NCBI GenBank assembly: GCA_046582655.1
Contig: JAYGDX010000089.1
Coordinates: 20,129-84,128 of the forward strand
From: Candidatus Poribacteria bacterium
GTDB taxonomy: Bacteria; Poribacteria; WGA-4E; UBA9662
Length of the DNA stretch: 64,000 nt
Direction of reading: 5' to 3'
A model generated the notes under the pieces. It was not told the origin of the DNA, did not search any database, and saw only the letters and a program-made list of their open reading frames with translations. The translations under genes and the position numbers were made by a program. Each line of letters starts with the position of its first letter. Position 1 is the first letter of the stretch. This document shows positions 1 through 10,900 of the stretch, piece by piece.

Positions 1-1443
1 CAATAATTAAACCAATATCATTTTCCTGACTGCTCTGCTTTGAGCTTGGCATATCGATGACTATAGTAAGCTTTTTACCATCAGGCCGGAGTCGAACCCC
101 ATCTTTATCTCGCTTCGTTAATCCCATTTCGTTCAACAAATTGTTTGCTTCTTCAATATTGAAATCTGCGTCTGCTTTCTTCCATCTTTCGAAAAGTTCC
201 TGTCCCATTGCATCAGTAAAGTGCCAACCCTCCTGACTTACCGTTGCTGCTTGTGCTTGCAACAGACCACGCCAAGCGATTTGATTGCACTTGTTCCGAT
301 CAATACCTAGCGCTAGAGCTTTACGGAAACGTTGATCCCGCATCAGTTTACGTAGTACCGGATCTGGATCGGTCCAATTGAGTAAGATCGCTGGTTGTGC
401 TCCAGCAGTGGTTTCCCACCTTAAGACTTTATAGTCCCCACGTTCTTGGCCTTCTATGTACAAGGCCAAGTCTCTTATCTCTGCTCCTCTAAACTGACAG
501 TCAATCTCACCAGCAAGGATTTTTAAGACCCGAACCTGAGGGTCCGGCACAAGACTGGTTTTGACCCTATCAATGTATGGCAGTTGTCGTCCTAGTGAAT
601 CGACCGCATAATAATATGGATTTCGCTCAAATTCGACTCGGTATCCACCTTTTGCGTTCTCAATCATCCTCCATGGCCATAACGTCGGCCGCTTTGGATT
701 CTGATGGTTCAAATCTCGCATTTGGAACTGCTTGAAGTTTTTGTATTCGGAATAATCTGGATGGAATTCAATCATGTAATGCCTGGGAATGTTGTATTTT
801 TCGGAATGCCAAAATCCAGTTCCCAACCATAGCGGTACCAACCAGTTTGGTCCGGCAAATTTCATAACAATAGTATAATCATCTGGCGTTTCAATCTCCA
901 TCGGTTCGCCGTCGACAAGACACCAAACTGGTGGCTCATAACTGTGACGTGTATCCAAACAAAGTTGATAGAAGAAAGCAAATGATTCGGAGGTAAAAGG
1001 GTGACCATCTGACCACCTTATTCCTCGACGCAAATGTATGGTTAATACGGAACCATCTTGGTTAAATTCCCAAGCTTCTGCTGTACCAGGTTCCAAACCT
1101 GAACAATCGAACTTCCAGCGAATCAACGGAGCGTACCCACCAATCATTTTCCAAGATCCAAGTTCGGGATGATTGTGGAACCTGTGCCAGGTACCACCGT
1201 AGATCCCAGGTTGCTCGTAGCCGTCAAAGTCAGTTTTCGCAACCAGTGGGTTTTCAGGAATCCGTTCTGCAAGTGATGGCAGTTTTCCTTCCTCCACCAT
1301 TCTAGTCAGCATCGGCGCTTCTCTGGCCTCTAAACCGTTTGGATAAGCTGATAGATCCTGCTTCCTCGCCGTTTGGTCTGAGCAACCAAAAATAAAAATA
1401 ATGCTACTCAGAAAAATATATCTGATTGTTTTGATCAATTTCA
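1..1443 (-). CDS. ABC transporter substrate-binding lipoprotein, family 5 (peptide/nickel, OppA/DppA-like). The C-terminus runs off the window start.
   Basis: My own minus-strand translation from the ATG at 1443 gives MKLIKTIRYIFLSSIIFIFGCSDQ..., a lipoprotein signal with an IFGC lipobox. The open frame continues to position 1. The composition is typical of SBP family 5. It sits 2 bp downstream of the VTC gene on the same strand. Confidence 0.75.
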
Positions 1444-1445
1444 TA

Positions 1446-2138
1446 TCAGGTTAGTGTTCTCTCGATTCCATTGACATATTTTGAATTCCTGGTCATCCTG
1501 AACGGAAAATGGTTAGTAATTGCATCTGCGCCCGCATCCTTACTGAAATCGTATTTCAGTTCAAGAACGGTGCTGATTTTATCTGAATCCTGTTGAAAAA
1601 GAGTTTGGGAATGTGAGTTTACTGTGTTGCATTCCATACCTGAATCGATAGTGATACGATAGTGCCCATCCCATGATCTATAGTATTTTCGGAGATAACG
1701 ATTCAGCAGATGGGGGTTCAAAGAAGAGACATATGCTTTTATCGAATCCGGAAGATCTGAATTTCTGATCAAACCGTTTATACCTCCCACCCCAATTTGT
1801 TGGTTAATCAAAAATGAGGATAACGGAAACAATTTTTTTGCACCGAGGAATCCTTTCTTAAACTTAAATTCTAACATGGGTTCTTTCACAGACCTAAAAA
1901 AACGACCATACCAGCGAATCCGAATTTTTATCCGATTTCTTAAACCTTCGACGCTGTCACGGTAGTTTCGCATTCCAAAGCTGTCAAGGTAAATATTGTT
2001 TACCCAACGTGGATGATGTATTTCGGAAAACATTGCTGGATGAAATCTAACAATTAGTTCTATCTCCTGTTGTGACAATTTAGACACAGCGAACTTCCGT
2101 TCGTAACGCCAAGTTTTGATATCAAACAGTTCTATCAT
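1446..2138 (-). CDS. VTC-domain (CYTH-like, polyphosphate-polymerase-like) protein
   Basis: The track ORF is 1446..2168. I prefer the internal ATG at 2138, giving MIELFDIKTWRYERKFAVS..., which is the usual start of bacterial VTC-domain proteins (the E-x-K-F CYTH-like N-terminal motif). It is co-located with CotH and DUF4956 genes. Confidence 0.6.
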   Translation of the reverse strand: MIELFDIKTWRYERKFAVSKLSQQEIELIVRFHPAMFSEIHHPRWVNNIYLDSFGMRNYRDSVEGLRNRIKIRIRWYGRFFRSVKEPMLEFKFKKGFLGAKKLFPLSSFLINQQIGVGGINGLIRNSDLPDSIKAYVSSLNPHLLNRYLRKYYRSWDGHYRITIDSGMECNTVNSHSQTLFQQDSDKISTVLELKYDFSKDAGADAITNHFPFRMTRNSKYVNGIERTLT

Positions 2139-2418
2139 GTTGCTTTTTGCCTTACATCTATTACTCAAAACAGATAGGGTGGGAAGAGTGGAAAGTCAAT
2201 TGCCACGAAAATCCAGAACCTAGGGTAACTACATTGGGTGACATTTGTCAGCAGATCTTTATAGAAAAAACGATATCGACGACGAGCAAAAAACATACCT
2301 AGATATCCAGTCAGTTGATTTATATTTTGAGAAATTAACTGGCATAGATCGAATCTCTTTTCTACAAATTAATGATGAGTGGAAAGCAGAAGGCAAACGG
2401 CAAAAAATTAACCAGAGA

Positions 2419-5070
2419 TCACAACATGCTCTTCTCATCTTTAACACCGTACAATATCTTTTTGACATCTTCTTGGTATGTGTTTATTTTCTTCTGATTG
2501 ATAACTATAGCCGACTTTTCTTCAACAAGGTACAATGTCTTTATATTTTCCATCTCAAGGTGTGTTGCCATTATCAGTCCACCGCTAAATTCCGGTTTTT
2601 TTTGAAAGGCTACCAAACCATAGTGGGAATTATCTATCTTGAGTTGATCAACGCTCACTTGAGATAGGTCTTTACTTGCCAAACCGATCTTGGCATTTTT
2701 AATATCCACTCGATGAACAAGCATTTCACTGTTCTCTCCAGCACTAAGTCCTTTATCGCCACATCCATCGATTGTAACATCTTTGACCTGAACTATACTG
2801 CCAGACACATCAATAGCATCATTCCCGCAATGTAAAAAAGATGATTCCATGACCTCACCTTCACAGAAATCGATATCAAGCGCATCAGAAAATGAATGGC
2901 TAAAAACCGTATTTCTAATCATGAATTCCGATCTCATAATATGGAGACTGTCCTCAGATCTTGAGCCAATGAACTGACAGTTGGCAATCTGAACTGGTGA
3001 TTCATAAAATGTAATTGCTCCTGTCAACTCCCAACCATTTTTTGCAGAGGCTGCCAAATTGTGAAACTTGACGAACTTTAGTACCGACTGCTCTGAAGAG
3101 CTCATAACCGTTAAACCCTGTCCCGACGAGTTGTCAGACGAAATGACAATCGGTTCCTCTTCGTTACCGATAAAATAGATCGAAGAGTAAGAAAGGATCG
3201 TAGCGGAATCGATTAAATTGATCTTTACACCTGACGGACAAACTAGATGATAGTCCTCCGGCACTATCAGGTCTTGATCAATCGTCCATGTTCCCCTTTG
3301 AATAGAAATTTGCTTTAATTCTTCGTTGATTTTCAAGAAATCAAATGCATGGATATTAGATGATTGCCGGATAAAATCATGCTTTGCGAAATCATTCCGC
3401 ATGTAAGACCAGGGAAAGACAGTTTCGGACCTTGTCTGATCCGTTCCCAAAATCCGGTAATTAATTTTTAGATTAGATCTCATACTATCATCCCACGCAA
3501 AATCTGCCGGAATCCCAAATTTGATGTTCTGATAATTTGTGAGTTTCCTCGGCACTTTGGCGGGAAGAATGATCTTCCCATTAGCTTGAAATGTAACTGA
3601 GTCCTTGTATGAAACGCTATCGACCTCAATTGGCAGGGGCTGGATGCTTGCTACCTGAAGCTCAATTTCATTTTCATCTACCCTATATTGATAGGCATGC
3701 AGTCCCTTGACAGGATTTAGAATTGCTTTAATGTATTCTTGGTTCTCTCTATACACCTTTTTCGAAAAATGAGGCCGAAAAAATTCACTTTTAAGAATAT
3801 TAAGATTAATAGCGAGATTTACATCTAAAGACGCGAACAGATTATCGAGATAAGCAGGTTCTGAAATCCGATTTAGCGCTTTGACATATCGACGAAAGAA
3901 TGTTTCATCGTAAAAAACCCTTGCATAATAGCTATGTCCAATTTGTGACGCATGGTTTCCAAGGTAATTTCCGTTAATTGTGGCACACAATGACCTAACA
4001 GGTTGACCTGCATTTCCATCAAACCCAATAGGCTGTAATTTCGAGGTTATAGGATTATAATAGAATCTTGCATTATGCCAACGTGAACCGTGTTCAGCTC
4101 CCATTAGATCGGTAAGAGCAAAGAATTTAGCCAGTTTCTCAACATCGAAAACCTGACTGGTCTTTAATTGTCCCCGACGAAATAACTCCAGTAGATGCAC
4201 TGCTTTGAGATACTGTTTGTGATTACTTGGTTTCGAAATCCACTTCGTTGTTTGAAATGTATCGATACCACTTGAGAGGTAAGACCCGCTGCTCATCTTA
4301 GCTTGATTAAATGCACTTTTTTGTGCTATTTCTTTCCAGAAAAATTCTTCATTGAATCTGACGATTGGTCCGTCATGTAACTGGTTATGACCTAAAAGAT
4401 ATTCGTCAAAATGTTCTTCTAAGGCATAAATGCCTAGATCCTCTTGGTTCAAGACAACTCTAATAAACTGATAACGCAACCCCAGAAGACCTTCTCTTCT
4501 CAATGTTTGATGGAAAAGCCATTCATTAAGATAATTCCGTGTTTTGGGATGATGTATGGAAAACCTTTTCATTCCCAAAATAGTGTTATTTCCTTTAACA
4601 ATGATTCGGAATGACCATTTTTTACCTTGAAGATGATCTATGTGGTCGCCTTTTAGGCGAAGTTTGACCTTTATTGCCTCATCTCCATGTTGTATCATCG
4701 CTGGAACATAGTCGGCTTTCGTAACAAACAATTTATCTTTTCTCAAAGCACGTTCTCTTTGAAGAGACAGGCTGCGAAAGTTTTTAGGCTTGATATCTAT
4801 TCGAATCTGATCTGCTTTTTTCGTTTGTCGTATTCGCGAGAAACTGACAGAGACAAAAATTGCAAACGAATCGCGAACCGATTTTATGTTATCCTCGAAT
4901 TCACTATAGCAATGACCTCCATAAATGAATATTAATAAGCTGTATACCATGAATAGAGAACCTATAAACAGGTAGAACGATAGTTTCCAAGATCGGGCAT
5001 TCTTGAGAAGCCAATTTTTTTTGCCCTTTAATGAAATCCAGTGCTGCCCATCGGAATTTTTGATTTCCAA
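2419..5070 (-). CDS. CotH kinase-family protein with an N-terminal membrane anchor and a C-terminal right-handed beta-helix-like region
   Basis: 883-aa ORF with a TTG start and GGAG 9 nt upstream. It has an N-terminal hydrophobic segment (SFYLFIGSLFMVYSLLIFIYGG). The central region has CotH-like motifs (HNQLHDGPIVRFNEEFFWKEIAQ..., GFDGNAG, YYNPITSKLQPIGFD). The C-terminal third resembles beta-helix repeats (NAKIGLASKDLSQVSVDQLKIDNSHYG, GNDAIDVSGS). Confidence 0.65.
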   Translation of the reverse strand: MEIKNSDGQHWISLKGKKNWLLKNARSWKLSFYLFIGSLFMVYSLLIFIYGGHCYSEFEDNIKSVRDSFAIFVSVSFSRIRQTKKADQIRIDIKPKNFRSLSLQRERALRKDKLFVTKADYVPAMIQHGDEAIKVKLRLKGDHIDHLQGKKWSFRIIVKGNNTILGMKRFSIHHPKTRNYLNEWLFHQTLRREGLLGLRYQFIRVVLNQEDLGIYALEEHFDEYLLGHNQLHDGPIVRFNEEFFWKEIAQKSAFNQAKMSSGSYLSSGIDTFQTTKWISKPSNHKQYLKAVHLLELFRRGQLKTSQVFDVEKLAKFFALTDLMGAEHGSRWHNARFYYNPITSKLQPIGFDGNAGQPVRSLCATINGNYLGNHASQIGHSYYARVFYDETFFRRYVKALNRISEPAYLDNLFASLDVNLAINLNILKSEFFRPHFSKKVYRENQEYIKAILNPVKGLHAYQYRVDENEIELQVASIQPLPIEVDSVSYKDSVTFQANGKIILPAKVPRKLTNYQNIKFGIPADFAWDDSMRSNLKINYRILGTDQTRSETVFPWSYMRNDFAKHDFIRQSSNIHAFDFLKINEELKQISIQRGTWTIDQDLIVPEDYHLVCPSGVKINLIDSATILSYSSIYFIGNEEEPIVISSDNSSGQGLTVMSSSEQSVLKFVKFHNLAASAKNGWELTGAITFYESPVQIANCQFIGSRSEDSLHIMRSEFMIRNTVFSHSFSDALDIDFCEGEVMESSFLHCGNDAIDVSGSIVQVKDVTIDGCGDKGLSAGENSEMLVHRVDIKNAKIGLASKDLSQVSVDQLKIDNSHYGLVAFQKKPEFSGGLIMATHLEMENIKTLYLVEEKSAIVINQKKINTYQEDVKKILYGVKDEKSML

Positions 5071-5107
5071 CTAATATGTCTCCATAGATGAGCGCCAGCA
5101 GATGGCG

Positions 5108-5785
5108 TTAGCTATTGTCTATAAATGAGATGCGCATTGAATCATTAAGCCCCTGCAACTCAGATTTACTCATCTCTAGTTGTGAATAATTCTCAAAACC
5201 AACCAGAAATGATGCTTCCAATAAATTCGAGTTTTCGTCAAATCTCTTTAAATTAACATCCGTACAATGCTTCTGAAGCACTTTGATGATAACATTAAGT
5301 TCGTTTCCATCCTGAGTTGGACTTGAAATTGTAAGATATAGGTTTTGGCCATTTTCCATATTATTTTGATTTATATTTCTCAGCCAGATTATCGCAATAA
5401 TTGTTAGTAATGTAACAATTGTGATGATAGCTTGATTTGCTCCAATACCCATCCCAATTGCAATAGTGAGAAACAGATATGAAAGTTCTTCTGGTTCTTT
5501 GATTGCTGTTCGGAACCTAATGATTGAAAGTGCGCCAATTAAGCCTAGCGAAAGTACGAGTGATGATTTTATAATTGTAATGATAAACATTGTTGTCATT
5601 GTAATCGGCAAAAAATTTCGAGCGAATTGTTTTCGGTTGGAGAGTGCTGATCCGTATTTGGCATAAACCCAACCTAAAACTAACGACAGAACTGCGGACA
5701 GAAACAGGTTGAAAATCATGATCCAAACGGAGACTTGTTCGGCCGCGTTAGCTGACAATTCTTGTAAGATCGGTAAATTTCTCAC
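5108..5785 (-). CDS. DUF4956-family integral membrane protein
   Basis: 225 aa, GTG start, several TM helices, and the characteristic IIRFRTAIKEPEE motif. It lies between the ABC ATPase and CotH genes. Confidence 0.6.
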   Translation of the reverse strand: MRNLPILQELSANAAEQVSVWIMIFNLFLSAVLSLVLGWVYAKYGSALSNRKQFARNFLPITMTTMFIITIIKSSLVLSLGLIGALSIIRFRTAIKEPEELSYLFLTIAIGMGIGANQAIITIVTLLTIIAIIWLRNINQNNMENGQNLYLTISSPTQDGNELNVIIKVLQKHCTDVNLKRFDENSNLLEASFLVGFENYSQLEMSKSELQGLNDSMRISFIDNS

Positions 5786-5876
5786 AAAGGAGTTATTAGC
5801 CTCATATCATGAGATCGTGAAATAATTGGATAGAGGGAGATTAATTTAACGTTGGTGATCAGTTGCATCTAACTTG

Positions 5877-6875
5877 CTAGATACCTTGAAGAGACAATTC
5901 ATCATGTAGATGACACGCTACCTCTGATCCTGATGTGGTCGTTTCAAGTCGCAGTTCCTCTCGCGAACATATATCCGTCGCATAGCCACATCGCGGATGG
6001 AAATGACATCCCAATGGGGGATTAGATGGATCTGGAACATCTCCTTCAAGTCTAATTCTTTTTCGTCCCCGTTGTATCTCTGGATCCGGCATTGGAACAG
6101 CCGATATCAGCGCTTCGGTATATGGATGTTTCGGATGATGGTAAACTTCGTGTGCAAGATTAGTTTCCACAATCCGACCAAGGTACATGACAGCAATACG
6201 GTCACTGATATGCTCTACAACACTTAAATCATGGGCGATGAAGATATAAGAAAGCTGAAATTCCTCCTTCAGTTCCTCCAGCAAGTTGAGAATCTGAGCT
6301 TGGATCGAAACATCCAGTGACGAAACTGGTTCATCCGCAATAATCAGTTCTGGTCGTAATGCTAATGCCCGTGCAATTCCAATCCTCTGTCGCTGTCCTC
6401 CGCTGAAAGCGTGTGGATAACGACGCATATCATCTTTCTGTAACCCGACTGATTCAAGCAAGTTAACAACTCGGTCTTCTGTTTCGGACCTATTTGAAAC
6501 TTGATTAACATAGAGGGGCTCAGCAACGATGTCACCAACAGTCATCCGTGGATTAAGAGACGAATATGGATCTTGAAAAATCATCTGTATTCTGCGTCTA
6601 TACGGCTTCAATTCGGCCTGAGTCAGTTGGCAGAAATCAATCTGCTCCTCACCAAACAAAACCTCGCCATCAGTTGGCTCTATTAGCCGCATCAAGCAGC
6701 GACCAGCTGTGGTTTTCCCACAGCCGCTTTCTCCAACCAATCCAAGGGTTTCGCCACGGTGCACATCAAAACTCACGCCATCTACCGCTTTTACATAGCC
6801 AGCCTGCTTTTGCAATATGCCACGTCGAATTGGAAAGTATTTCTTTAGGTTTTTAACTTGAAGAATTTTTCTCAT
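5877..6875 (-). CDS. Oligopeptide/dipeptide ABC transporter ATP-binding protein (OppF/DppF-like)
   Basis: Walker [10 protein letters not shown], the signature FSGGQRQR, Walker B LIIADEP, and a C-terminal oligo-HPY region ([15 protein letters not shown]). Confidence 0.85.
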   Translation of the reverse strand: MRKILQVKNLKKYFPIRRGILQKQAGYVKAVDGVSFDVHRGETLGLVGESGCGKTTAGRCLMRLIEPTDGEVLFGEEQIDFCQLTQAELKPYRRRIQMIFQDPYSSLNPRMTVGDIVAEPLYVNQVSNRSETEDRVVNLLESVGLQKDDMRRYPHAFSGGQRQRIGIARALALRPELIIADEPVSSLDVSIQAQILNLLEELKEEFQLSYIFIAHDLSVVEHISDRIAVMYLGRIVETNLAHEVYHHPKHPYTEALISAVPMPDPEIQRGRKRIRLEGDVPDPSNPPLGCHFHPRCGYATDICSREELRLETTTSGSEVACHLHDELSLQGI

Positions 6876-6895
6876 GCTTTAATTTCACATACACT

Positions 6896-7888
<993 letters not shown>

Positions 7889-7938
7889 CTATTAATCCTG
7901 ATATAAATTTTAAATCAACATGACAGAATAGCAAGGAA

Positions 7939-10900
7939 CTAGTTTCCTGCTAATACCTTGAAGTTCCCAACATCCTCAAGAATTAGCAGGCCGAGACTAC
8001 TGGGAGGAACTGACTCAGTATTGGGCATTTGTTCGGCCCAATAAACCGATCGTTCATCTGACCGGTGAATGATGAAATTAAAACCCAGCTTATTGTTTCG
8101 TTTCATTTTTATGGGATCAAATCCTTTAAGTATAGGATAGAAAGGGAGGCGTGCCTCGATCATATAATAATTTTCCTGCTCAGTCACGGCTATTTGTAAT
8201 CCCTTAGCTTCATAATTCGGAACCAGTCTGGGTGCAGACTGTCCGAAATATGGCCGGCTACCATTAAAGCCGCCGCCCTTCGGACAAACCCAAAAAATGA
8301 ACCGATCCGAATCACCTTGGCTGTCGAGGTAATCAGGCCTGTGTTCATGTATCGGGTGGAGGTCAATATGGAGTTCAAGTGCATCAGAACCTTGATAGTA
8401 TCGAATTGGATCACCCACTTCAACTTGATTGTCATAAATTTGTGCTAGAAAGTATAGTGAGTCTTGATCCCATTGTAGCCACAATAGACCTTCATTTTTT
8501 GGAGTCACGATTGCCTTTTCGAGTGGCCATTGATCATCAAGACCATCAATGACGACGGGTTTATTGGTTCTTGCTGCCCAAGCAATCAAATTCGATCGGC
8601 ACATGGTTGTTATCTCAACATTTGTTTCACCAGTCTCAATTAAACGATCATCGTAAATCATGGCAATCATTTCCCCACCGGTCAATCCAAGCTCATTGGA
8701 TTCATTGATATCTCGTCCATATGCTGTTTGAATTGATCCACGAAATATCCGGGAATTTTTACTCTCTTCCAGAAGCACAATATGACTACCTGTTTCCATT
8801 TCATTGACCCGTACTCGCAAATTGGCTGATTCAGTTATAGAAGGGTCAACATTGAGATCCTGATCTTCCAAGCGGAAATAAAGTGTGGCGCCAATATTAA
8901 AATTCCGAAGCACTGAACCGTCTTTACGGGTGACAGTTAAATTGCCACGGATCCCTTTATTAGCGTAGGTAATATCCTCGACAGTTGTTGCGTTGATGGC
9001 ACTAAATTGAGGCGAATAGATGGCAGTTACTGCTTCTTCTCCTTGGACGTCAAGTGTGTCATCTGCGACTGCTGTTCTTCCATAGCGGGTTGGAACGACC
9101 CCCCAAAATACGCCGTTTTGGTTCGGCTTCTTTTCTAGTACTACATCAACCTGATCTTGTGTTCGGTTCCCATAAATAGTGATCGTCACTTCACTTGCGT
9201 CAACGACAGTACTGAGAAGAAGATCTTCAAGCCAGAAGTAAAGCAGATCTCCAGCCATAAAACTGCCGACTTCACTTTCATTGTCATCGGTAATCTTTAG
9301 AATGCCTTCATTACCGCTGAGCACAATAGCCTGCACCTTTGTCATTATTCCGGTTTCACCAGTTGCTGTGAGTGCGTCCAAATAGCTTATAGCAATCACT
9401 TCCTTATCAGTAAGCACCAATCCAATTGGATCGGTATTTGCCTGATTACTAGTTGTGAAGGTTCCTGCAAAGATACCGGAATTTTTGTTTGTTTCGTGCA
9501 GACTAATAACCTTCTCGTTTCCCAGTACATTTCCACGAACAGTTACTTTTGTTGACTCAATTTTTTCAGGAAAGAGATCTAAATCTTTATCAGTTAACCG
9601 AACCAACAGTTGTTCGCTATTATTGAAACTTCCGATACCAACAGAGAAATTGCTGATTAAACGAAGTGATTCGACAGTATAAATTTCAATATCACCGGTT
9701 TCTCCCACCGCTACCATCAGATCAACACGGATTTTCACCTGTGTTGCGCCGGTATCCTGTAAGGCATCAGTATACACAAAGGTGACAATGTCACCGCCTT
9801 GAACCTGCAGGACACCATCATTCACAATTGGGTTCGAGCCGTAATCAGTTTTTAGTCGACCGCGAAAGACACCTGCGTTTCCAAAAACCCCCCACATCGT
9901 TATCCTTATCCTATCACGAACCGTATTTTCGGTAAGATCGGTTTCGAATACCTGAGCCACTACGTTTGTTGTATCCAGATCTGCATCTTTGATTTCAAGG
10001 ATCAGCGTGTCACTCGCACGAAAACGGTTTATTGGAGAATTCAACATGGAATCTGGATTAAAACCTGATTCATTATAAACATGAATATTTCCAGTCGTCC
10101 CAACGTTTGTTTCACAGGTATCAACAATCTCGATATTTGTTTCACCAGTTGCCCTCAAACCATCAAGATAGACAGCCTGAATTTTTTCTGCCCCTTTTAC
10201 CTGAATTACTCCATCATCAATTTGCGCTTCGGTGCTATATAGCGTAGGAATAGAACCGGAAAAGTTCCCTTCGGCAGACGTCGAGAACAACACTAACTTC
10301 TCCCGATCGTTTAGCATATTACCACTAAGAGCAATCGCAATAACATCCTGAACGATGTCCTTATCACGAAGACGCAAGTGAAGCATGTTTCCAGCGTTGA
10401 AATTCTCCAGATCAGTCACCTGATTTGATTGTACAATCCCAATGATCCCATCATAGCCAGTCACGGCCTGAGCGACTCTCGAAATCAAGACTCCAGTCTC
10501 TCCGGAACCCCGAATTTGATCGACGTAACCAACCGTAACTTTTTCACCACCGACTACTTCGAGTTTATTGTTTTTAGTGTCAGCTTTTATTGCATATGTC
10601 GTTTCGACAGAGGCGATAAAAATACTGCTATCAGCATCGGTTTCAGTCAAAGCCAGTCTATATTGATCCTGTAATTGATCCCCTTCAATTATGACATCAA
10701 TGATTTCTTTTTGCGTTAAATCTTGATTGAGATCCGTATCTTGGAGTTCAATTTGTAGTGGAGTTCCTGCTTTGAAAAGCATGTCTCCGGGTATCAGTCT
10801 TCCGTTGATATTTAATTGTGCGGTATCGCCAATTTTTACCGTTTTTTGAGTTTGAATTGTTACATTGGCTTCACCTGTTTCTCGCAGTTGATCCACATAT

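Noticed and set aside
2245-2667. 140-aa plus-strand ORF spanning the CotH-VTC intergenic gap and overlapping the 3' end of the CotH gene
   Set aside because: Low-complexity, has no recognisable domain, and overlaps a well-supported minus-strand gene. Most likely a spurious frame. The same applies to other short ORFs nested in or antisense to long genes, such as 4687..4935, 8190..8435, 14905..15204, 18405..18884 and 40548..41111.
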